This document shows positions 1 through 7,203 of a stretch of DNA of 7,964 nucleotides, piece after piece (the first letter of the stretch is position 1; every line of letters begins with the position of its first letter). The DNA is from Octopus sinensis (lineage: Eukaryota), in NCBI RefSeq assembly GCF_006345805.1, contig NW_021828680.1, positions 1-7,964 on the forward strand, written 5' to 3'. Under the pieces are notes generated by a model. The model was not told where the DNA came from. It saw nothing but the letters and a program-made list of their open reading frames with translations, and did no database searches. Made by a program: the position numbers and the translations under genes.

Positions 1-762
1 ATTTCACAGGAGGGCTGCAATCAGAAAACTACTACTTTCAAAAACAAACTTTGCTAAGTGTTTAGAGGGGACTAAAAACCTACAGAATTGCTTCCTAGAA
101 CAGTGGAAGAATGTTATTTTCTTGCACGAGTCATCCTTCACGTTATTTGCGACCACCAGCCGAGTATACGTGTGGAGAGAGCCGAAAGAAGCATTTGACC
201 CAGAATACCTTCTTCCAACTGTTAAACATAGAGGAGGATCTTTGATAATCTAGGGGGGGGGGGCTATATCTTGGAAATCCGCCAGTCTAATGGTTTCCCA
301 TCATGGCAGAATTGATAGTCTAGACTATTTAAGCATTTTACGTGATCAAATTCATCCTAAGTTTGCGGAAGTGTTTCCGGGGGAAAACGCAATCTTTCAG
401 GATGATAATGCACCAATTCACACAGCTAAAGTTGTTACCGAATGACACGAGAAACAGTCTAGTGAAGCTGAGCATCTTATCTGGCCACTACAGTCCCTAG
501 ATCTCAATATTATCGAACATTTATGATGCATTTTAGAAAAACAAGAAAAGAAGTCGATATCCTCCGCCATCATCACTACAAGAACTGGAGACTGTTTTAG
601 CTGAAGAATGGATAAAAATTCCTTTGGAAACAATTCGAACCTTGTACTAGTCCATAACTTGTTGAATTCAAGCCGTAATTACTGCCAAAGGCGGTCCTGC
701 TCCACATTGAATTAAATTTGTTTGAAATTTTAAGGTGTTTCCATTATTTTGTCCAGCACCTC
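1..762 (+). mobile_element. Tc1/mariner DNA transposon, 3' half (5' part lies upstream of the window), DD36E-type, inactive
   Basis: Degenerate transposase in frame 2 then frame 3, followed by a Tc1-like right end GGTGTTTCCATTATTTTGTCCAGCACCTC (734-762) and then TA (763-764), the Tc1/mariner target dinucleotide. Confidence 0.93.
2..710 (+). pseudogene. Tc1-family DDE transposase pseudogene (C-terminal catalytic domain)
   Basis: Manual translation: ...EQWKNVIFLHESSF...RVYVWREPKEAFDPEYLLPTVKHRGGSLII*GGGAISW...IFQDDNAPIHTAKVVTE*HEKQSSEAEHLIWPLQSLDLNIIEHL*...(+1 shift near 546-549)...RSRYPPPSSLQELETVLAEEWIKIPLETIRTLY*SITC*IQAVITAKGGPAPH*. This matches the Tc1 motifs FSDES, TVKHGGG, FQQDNAP-H, WP-QSPDLNPIE-LW and GG-T-Y. 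The first catalytic D is mutated (CAC, 125-127). Premature stops lie at 251, 443, 524, 648 and 663; the natural stop is 708-710. Confidence 0.95.
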
Positions 763-764
763 TA
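734..764 (+). repeat. Right terminal inverted repeat of the Tc1 element plus TA target site
   Basis: It lies 24 nt after the transposase stop and ends ...TTTTGTCCAGCACCTC|TA, resembling Tc1 ends (...CTG|TA with one change). The left TIR is outside the window, so the pairing cannot be verified. Confidence 0.7.
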
Positions 765-935
765 TATAAATTTCAACTAATCGGCGTTGATGCATGGGAA
801 GAAGTTTGCTTCCCAACCACATGGTACCACATTCAGTCCCACATTCACCACCTTCGGTGACTGTCTTTTACTATTAACAGGCTAACCAGGCCCTTGTGAG
901 TGGATTTGGTAGATGGAAGCTGTAAATGTCTATCG

Positions 936-1030
936 CACACACACACACACACACCCATACCCCACACACACATACACACACAGATATTCATCTGTATATC
1001 TGTATATATCTATGTTTGTGTGTCTGTGTT
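936..1030. repeat. (CA)n / (TA,TG)n microsatellite inside the SINE
   Basis: Directly visible dinucleotide runs. Confidence 0.95.
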
Positions 1031-1124
1031 GTGTTTCTCCACCATTTTCAGACAACCGGTGTTGGTTTGTTTACGTCCTCCCGCTTCCATCGCTGGGTAA
1101 AAGTGATTGATAGGGCATGAACCA

Positions 1125-1190
1125 ACATATAATAATATATATATATATATATAACATACACATATATATACATATATATAATATATATAT

Positions 1191-1222
<32 letters not shown>

Positions 1223-1300
1223 ATATTTATACATACATACATTAAGTTACATGACTGGGCCAATAATGGCCGAAACCTATCAAAGTATCAAAGTATCAAA

Positions 1301-1338
<38 letters not shown>

Positions 1339-1367
1339 TATGTTATGTATGTATGATGTATGTATAT
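1125..1367. repeat. Two (TA)n/(TATG)n blocks flanking a short unique segment and a (TATCAAAG)x3 tandem
   Basis: (TA)n at about 1125-1240 and 1304-1367; TATCAAAG x3 at 1278-1301. Confidence 0.95.
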
Positions 1368-1607
1368 AAGAAGTACTGCAGTTGATTTGTCGGGCCAAAC
1401 CCTTAAAGATTGTGCTCCAGAATGGCCGCAAAACTGGAACAAGCAAAAGATAAAATAACGAACCTGCAATAATATGCAAGATATATTTTCTACTAAGATG
1501 TCTCTCATACTATGTCAAAATGTAACGTTTCCTGTCGATAATAATTCTATTATACGACGTAGAGATGTCACATTTTCTTAGTGATAAGAAGCAATAAGCG
1601 TGCACAT

Positions 1608-1650
1608 ATGTGTGAGTGTGTGTGTGTCTGTCTGTCTGTGTCTGTGTGTC
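1608..1650. repeat. (TG)n/(TCTG)n microsatellite
   Basis: Directly visible. Confidence 0.9.
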
Positions 1651-1962
1651 TTTGCGTTCAGAGAGAGGGTGTGAAAAGATAAGCACCAATTTTTGTAGCA
1701 TTATTCAGGGTTTTCTCGTTAAGTTAGTGCGTGAATGACCAGAGCTTCTCAACAAATTTTTACAGAAGAAAAGATAAGAGATTGCGCTTGAAGAGTTGAT
1801 TCGAATTTGGCAATAACTTCTTGTGATGAATCGTTGTTTAAGATAACAATTGGGAAATTCGGTTAAAAGTGATCCCAGGCGCAGTCGTCGCCGACAGCGA
1901 CGGAATCAATGTCAACGCTTTTGAAACAAACAAAACACGCACTGAAGAAAAGTAGAAAATAG

Positions 1963-2016
<54 letters not shown>

Positions 2017-2059
2017 GCTGCTGGTGGTGGTGCTGCTGCTGCTATTGCAACTTGCTTTT

Positions 2060-2105
<46 letters not shown>

Positions 2106-2172
2106 GCTGCTGCTGTCATTGCTACTGCTTTTTTACTACTACTACTACACTACTACTACTACTACTACTACC
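1963..2172. repeat. Compound trinucleotide microsatellite (CTA)n with (CTG)n/(GTG)n interruptions
   Basis: Directly visible; source of the poly-Y/poly-T/poly-L ORFs. Confidence 0.97.
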
Positions 2173-2176
2173 AAAT

Positions 2177-2485
2177 CTCTCTCTCCCATCCCCTATGTTT
2201 CTCATTCTTTCTTTCCTTGTAATTCTCTTTCTTTCTGCGCCTCTCTCTTCTCTCTCGCTCACTCATTCTTTCATACATATATATATGTATGTGTGCATGT
2301 GTGTGCGTATGTGTGCGTGCGTGTGTGTGTGTGTGTGTACGTGTGTATGTGCACGTGCATTTCCGTTGTGTGTGTGTGTATGTCTCTTCTGCGTGTGTGT
2401 GTGTGTGTGTGTATATGTCTGTGCGAGTGTGTGTATGTGTGTGTGTTTGTGTGTTTGTATGTGTATGTCTCTCTCTCTCTCTGTG
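2177..2485. repeat. Pyrimidine-rich (CT) tract followed by (TA)/(TG)n and (CT)n
   Basis: Directly visible. Confidence 0.93.
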
Positions 2486-2671
2486 TTTTATACATAGCTA
2501 CACTAATCTTAATTAACAGATCGCTGTGATGACAAAGCGTAATTCCGAGTCAGTCTTTGTATCGTATTAGACTCAGTGGGGGGGGGGGACGACTCTCAAA
2601 ATATACGAGCGTGTCGCTAATGAAGAATGCTAACCTCACTAAGATTTCAATATTTTTTTTTTTACATTTCA

Positions 2672-2688
2672 TATGTATATATACATAC

Positions 2689-2733
<45 letters not shown>

Positions 2734-2901
2734 CATATATATTATAATATAGATATGTATATATATATATATACATAAATATATATTATATATAATACGC
2801 ATATATATATACAATATTATATAATAAATATATATCATATATATACATATATAATATATATATATATTATTATATATATATATATATAATATACATATAT
2901 A

Positions 2902-2944
<43 letters not shown>

Positions 2945-3092
2945 TATAATACATATATAAAATATATATATATATATATATATCTATATATATATACATA
3001 TATACACACCAATATGTATACACACATATATATGTGTAATATATATATACATGTATACATATACATAGATACACACACACACACACATATAT
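2672..3092. repeat. Long imperfect (TA)n microsatellite (~420 bp) ending in (CA)n
   Basis: Directly visible. Confidence 0.98.
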
Positions 3093-3275
3093 GTCGTTTT
3101 TTTCTTTTTTTTATTTGTTCGTATAACGACGTCGTTCTTCTCTCTTCATTTTGGTCACGCAAATCGTGTCTTCACTGTTTCTCGGTGACAATGAAACCAT
3201 TAAGCAACGACTAGTTGGAATAACTACGCAAAGGATATTCCACAAATTACCTGTGGATTCCTTTATCATAGTCAT

Positions 3276-3405
3276 TCTCTTTCTTCCTTTCCTCCCTTTT
3301 TTCTTTCTCCCTTCCTTTTTTTCTTTCTTTCTATCTCGCCTCACTCTTTCTCTCATTCTCCTGTTTCTCTTGTTCTGGGTTTTTTTTTTACTCTCTTGTT
3401 CACTG
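3276..3405. repeat. Polypyrimidine/polypurine low-complexity tract
   Basis: Almost exclusively C/T on the + strand. Confidence 0.9.
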
Positions 3406-3571
3406 TTTCGCATTATTTCGTCTATTCTCATTTTCCCTCTTAACGTATCTATTAATCCCAATTCACGCTCTCTGTCTTCACAGTCTGTCTGTCTGGCTGG
3501 CTTCCATCGTAACAGACATCTATATATTCATCAAGGCACGTACAGGTGGAAACTGTATCCCCCATCATCGG

Positions 3572-3655
3572 TGTATGTGTGTATGTATGTATGTATGTAT
3601 GCATGTATGTATGTGTGTGTGTATGTAATGTATGTATGTATGTATGTGTGCGTGA
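3572..3655. repeat. (TATG)n/(TG)n microsatellite
   Basis: Directly visible. Confidence 0.95.
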
Positions 3656-3721
3656 GTGAAGGTGGTTGTTGTGGGTTACAAGCAATAATTAATGGACACA
3701 ATACGTGTTAACGAGCCAATG

Positions 3722-3797
3722 AAGGAGCCTGTACGTCATCGCTTGACCTGCTAGAAATACCAGTCATACCACTTTCAAACCACACCTTAGTCTAAAA
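3722..3797 (+). mobile_element. Possible degenerate 3' fragment of another octopus interspersed repeat
   Basis: TTGACCTGCTAGAAATACCAG...TTTCAAACCACACCTTAGTCTAAAA resembles a recurrent octopus repeat end as I recall it, and it runs into an (AAT)n tail. Recall only. Confidence 0.35.
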
Positions 3798-3811
3798 TAA
3801 TAATAATAATA

Positions 3812-3856
<45 letters not shown>

Positions 3857-3977
3857 GTGGTGATGGTGGTGGTGGCGGTGGTGGTGTTGGTGGTGATGAT
3901 GATGATAATGATGATGCTGATGATGCTGGTGGTGGTGGTGGTGGTGGCGGTGGTGGTGGTGGTGATGATGATGATGA
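3797..3977. repeat. (AAT)n-(GAT)n-(GGT)n compound trinucleotide array
   Basis: Directly visible. Confidence 0.97.
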
Positions 3978-4106
3978 CACGTGGCATTGTAGTTCTTGGG
4001 TCCCCGCAAATAATAAAATTAATGGATAGATGCTGGCTTGAATGCGTTTGATCGTTGTTCTACTCATCGAGAGCTAATTCGGAGATTAAACAGTGGCAAG
4101 AAGAAC

Positions 4107-4172
4107 ACCACCATCATCATCATCAACATTACCACTACCAAAACAACCACCACCACCACCTCCATCAAAACA

Positions 4173-4206
<34 letters not shown>

Positions 4207-4324
4207 TTATCACCACCACCAGCACCACGGTCATCATCATCAGCATCTGCATCATCATCATCATTAACATCATCACTACCACCAGGATCATCATCTTCAC
4301 CATCACCTTCCTTATCACCACCAC

Positions 4325-4356
<32 letters not shown>

Positions 4357-4622
4357 ACATCACCATCACAACCACCACCACTGCCATCATCTTCATCATC
4401 ATTATCCTCATTAGCACCATCGTCGACGTCATCATCATTGCCATTATCATTATCATCGACACCACTACAACACTCCCACCACCACCACAGTCCTCGTCGT
4501 CATTATCATCACCATCATCATCATCATCAACATCAATACCACCACCACCACCACCACCACCGTCGTCGTCGTCGTATCGTAATCATCATCATCAACAACA
4601 ACAATAAAGGCGACAACAATAA
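4107..4622. repeat. Degenerate (CAT/CAC)n trinucleotide array with (CGT)n and (CAA)n end blocks
   Basis: Directly visible, about 515 bp. Confidence 0.97.
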
Positions 4623-4794
4623 TGCGCGTTGCTATTAGATTTTGAAAACTCCCGATTAGCATTGTCTCAAATACTGTGTTTAATTAACGTTTATTTTGAT
4701 TGTGTATAAAATGTAACAAATTAATTAATCAAATCCATCGAATTTTTGCCGCATTAACTAAATAGGAATATATCTTATATACACAAATATACAC

Positions 4795-4863
4795 TGTGTG
4801 AGTGAGTGAGTGTGTGTGTGTGTCTGTGTGTTGTGTTTGTGTGTGTGTGTTGTGTGTGTTTGT

Positions 4864-4918
<55 letters not shown>

Positions 4919-4948
4919 CGTGTGTGTGTGTGTGTGTGCGCGCGCACG
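4795..4948. repeat. (TG)n microsatellite ending in (CG)n
   Basis: Directly visible; long alternating purine-pyrimidine run. Confidence 0.97.
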
Positions 4949-4987
4949 TAAGTGATTTTTCGTTCTCCGTTGGCTGAACACTCAGAT

Positions 4988-5027
4988 ATGCAAATTGTCG
5001 TATAACGCAACAAGTCATTATGCAAAT
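4988..5027 (+). promoter_or_regulatory. Pair of perfect octamer motifs ATGCAAAT (POU-domain sites), 32 bp apart
   Basis: Exact ATGCAAAT at 4988-4995 and 5020-5027. Function is not shown by sequence. Confidence 0.4.
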
Positions 5028-5095
5028 ATAAAGTATTGCCGAAACTGTTTTTTACAATCAGAGATAGTGTTATCAGCCGGTTGTCGTTACCAACA

Positions 5096-5326
5096 GGCGG
5101 CGAACTGGCAGAAACGTTAACACGCCGGGCGAAATGCGTAGCTGTATTTGGTCTGCCGTTACGTTCTGAGTTCAAATTCCGCCGAGGTCGACTTTGCCTT
5201 TCATCCTTTCGGGATCGATAAATTAAGTGCCAGTTACGCACTTGGGTTAATATAATCGACTTAATCCGTTTGTCTGTCCTTGTTTGTCCTCTCTGTGTAT
5301 AGCCCCTTGTGTGTAGTAAAGAAATA
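5096..5326 (+). mobile_element. tRNA-derived SINE, family B, unit A (full head + body + tail1)
   Basis: Starts GGCGGCGAACTGGCAGAAACG (A-box-like, 5106-5116); B box GAGTTCAAATTCC at 5168-5180; body GGTCGACTTTGCCTTTCATCCTTTCGGG..GATAAATTAAGT. About 91% identical to 6789-7019 (21 mismatches over 231 nt, no indels, manual count). Confidence 0.93.
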
Positions 5327-5470
5327 TGTATTTTGTCCGCCTTTTCGTTCTGTGATCAAATTCCGCCGAGGTCGACATGGCTTTCATCCTTTCGGGGTCA
5401 ATTAAATAAGTACCAGTTTTGTACTGCGGTCGATTCCCTCTGCCCTCAACACTGCTGCCCTTGTGCCAAC
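5327..5470 (+). mobile_element. SINE family B, unit B (headless body + tail2), fused to unit A
   Basis: Begins at the GTATTT(C)GTC position of the head, has a damaged B box (GTGATCAAATTCC), the body, and a tail ending CTGCCCTTGTGCCAA like unit C. Confidence 0.88.
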
Positions 5471-5895
5471 CACGTGGTAAGCCATTATGCCTTATTTTTT
5501 CAAGTAATTCATTACTACATATTCTCACGTGACTCTATAGGCTCAGCCTATTTTTCTATTTCTATAGGCACACCAGCTGTCCAATACCAACCCCTCGCCT
5601 TCTGCAACATTTCGACAGTTCACTTCCCCATTGCCGTCTCTCATTGCAGCCCCTTTCCGGAATGTACCAAAGCAGAATATACCCACTGACAACTTTTCAG
5701 TGTGTTCAAAATCCACATCCCCCGATTTTCCATGACAGTTTAGGGCATGGAATACTCCAAACAGACGCATGACATGTCGCTTAGTTGAATTAGCCCATCA
5801 TTTACTCCATAAATGTTTTGTTTTCCATGCTGCACTTTCCCGTATCACATGTTTCAACATAACTGTAATCCGTATACAAACTATGCCATTTCAAT

Positions 5896-5924
5896 CCCGA
5901 GCAACGCCGGGTATCTCTGCTAGT
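5896..5924 (+). mobile_element. Helitron-type 3' terminus (GC hairpin + CTAG|T)
   Basis: CCCG-AGCAACGC-CGGG hairpin (5896-5911), 8-nt spacer, CTAG (5920-5923), then T. This is the canonical rolling-circle Helitron 3' signature. The 5' end was not identified. Confidence 0.65.
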
Positions 5925-5946
5925 TTACATTATTACTGTTATTATT

Positions 5947-6163
5947 GGCAAGCAGGCAGAATCGTTAGCCCGCCGGGCAAAATGCTTAGCGGCATTTCGA
6001 CCGTACTTACGTTCTGAGTTCAAATTCCGTCCGAGGATGACTTTGCCTTTCATACCGTTCATGGTCGATAAAGGAAGTACCAATTGAACACTGGGTGTCG
6101 CTGCAACCGACTAAACCCCTTCCCTGAAAATGCTGGCCTTGTGCCAAAATTTGAAACCAATAT
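5947..6163 (+). mobile_element. SINE family B, unit C (monomer: head + body + tail2), more diverged
   Basis: GGCAAGCAGGCAGAATCGTTAGCCCGCCGGGCAAAATGC head, intact B box GAGTTCAAATTCC, body, tail ...GCTGGCCTTGTGCCAAAATTTGAAACCAAT; preceded by an ATT-rich stretch. Confidence 0.9.
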
Positions 6164-6788
6164 CCTATGCAAATTAACCCATATGATGCTGTATGACGAA
6201 CTGTAAAGGCTTGTTTGTGGACGAGCATTCACATTTTCCGTACTTCCGTATTTTGTTCCGTCCCAAATATAACGTCAGACATATAACTCACATAACATGG
6301 TTATCTTAACTACCTTGACATCATGCTTCCAAACAAAACATTGCTGCCGAGTTTCATTCTGTTTACTTTAACATACATTTTATTTTTTATAAGTTCTCTA
6401 TTTTTATTCTGCCATTTCGTCCTGTAGTGGTTGGTTTTTACATTTCCTTGATCCAAAAATAGCAAGGATAAATATTTATTCAACTCACGTACAAATGCCA
6501 TAAATAGTCAGAATGGTGATACGAGATATCTGGGAAATTTAATATTGAGTAAAAGAGGAACAGTTGTAATTACGAAACATGCATGGGTCATGGATTCGTG
6601 GAGCTGGGAGTCTAACATTTCCGTAGCCGCAAAATCACTGAACAATGCTGACAAGTTCTAAAAGATCTGTGATAATAGAGAGGAATTAAATAATATGTGC
6701 TTATATACATTCATGAGCAGGTAAACCACAGAAAAAGAAAAGCGACCGACCCAGCGTTAGAATGTTTGGTTAATATAACAACTTCAAA

Positions 6789-7020
6789 GGCGGCGAGCTG
6801 GGAGAAACGTTAGCACGCCGGGCGAAATGCGTAGCCGCGTTTCGTCTGCCGTTACATTCTGAGTTCAAATTCCGCTGAGATCGACTTTGCCTTTCATCCT
6901 TTCGGGGTCGATAAATTAAGTACCAGTTACGCACTGGAGTCGATATAATCGACTTAATCCGTTTGTCTGTCCTTGTTTGTCCTCTCTGTGTTTTGCTCCT
7001 CGTGGGTAGTAAAGAAATAG
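6789..7020 (+). mobile_element. SINE family B, unit D (head + body + tail1)
   Basis: About 91% identical to unit A; A box altered (TGGGAGAAACG), B box intact. Confidence 0.93.
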
Positions 7021-7203
7021 GTATTTCGTCTGCCGTTACGTTCTGAGTTCAAATTCCGCCGAGGCCGACTTTGCCTTTCATCCTTTCGGGGTCGATAAAT
7101 TAAGTACCATTTACGCACTGGAGTCGGTGTAATCGACTTAATCCGTTTGTCTGTCCTTGTTAGTCCCTTCTATGTTTAGACCCTTGTGGGCAATAAAGAA
7201 GTA
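7021..7203 (+). mobile_element. SINE family B, unit E (headless body + tail1), fused to D
   Basis: Starts GTATTTCGTCTGCCGTTACG directly after AAAGAAATAG; full body and tail1. Confidence 0.92.

Larger units (their letters stand above)
783..1458 (+). mobile_element. tRNA-derived CORE-like SINE (octopus-type family), diverged and split by internal microsatellites and an insertion
   Basis: Three collinear pieces resemble an abundant octopus SINE as I recall it. 783-930 has TTTGCTTCCCAACCACATGGT, a degenerate B box TTCAGTCCC, a CORE-like CACCTTCGGTGACTGTCTTTTACTAT and CCTTGTGAGTGGATTTGGTAGA. 1030-1120 has GACAACCGGTGTTGGTTTGTTTACGTCC...AAAAGTGATTGATAG. 1368-1458 has AAGTACTG...GTGCTCCAGAATGGCCGCA...GAACAAGCAAAAGATAAAA. 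The family assignment is from memory, not a Dfam/Repbase search. Confidence 0.75.

Noticed and set aside
253-263. G11 runs (also 2578-2588) as G-quadruplex elements
   Set aside because: Single homopolymer runs. The first is an in-frame slippage expansion of the transposase W-G codons.
418-633. 71-aa minus-strand ORF
   Set aside because: It is the antisense shadow of the transposase pseudogene.
1246-1290. Possible minimal hammerhead ribozyme (GGCC stem followed by GAAAC...GTA)
   Set aside because: Stem II and GAAA are present, but the essential CUGANGA core is missing (the sequence reads TACATGACTG) and no stem I pairing was found.
3118-3125. TTCGTATA resembling part of a loxP arm
   Set aside because: Only 8 of 13 nt match, with no partner arm or spacer.
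3151-3711. 186-aa hydrophobic ORF resembling a membrane protein
   Set aside because: The F/L/S-rich part is a translated polypyrimidine tract and the end is a (TATG)n repeat; there is no ATG start and no recognisable family.
900-5241. ORFs encoding poly-His, poly-Met, poly-Tyr, HT/YI/CV dipeptide repeats and poly-Pro/Ser
   Set aside because: They are translations of stop-free microsatellites, appear in several frames and both strands at once, and have no domain content.
5090-5470. CCAAC on both sides of the A-B dimer as a target-site duplication
   Set aside because: CCAA is part of the SINE tail itself (compare unit C), so the match is largely expected.
6236-6261. Three TTCCGT (ETS-like GGAA core) words
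   Set aside because: Short motif with no supporting context; could be local slippage.
6452-6660. Stop-free frame of about 69 codons (…NGDTRYLGNLILSKRGTVV…) and a nearby CAG|GTAAAC donor at 6721
   Set aside because: No recognisable homology, no coherent acceptor/donor pair keeping the frame open, and a length within chance expectation.
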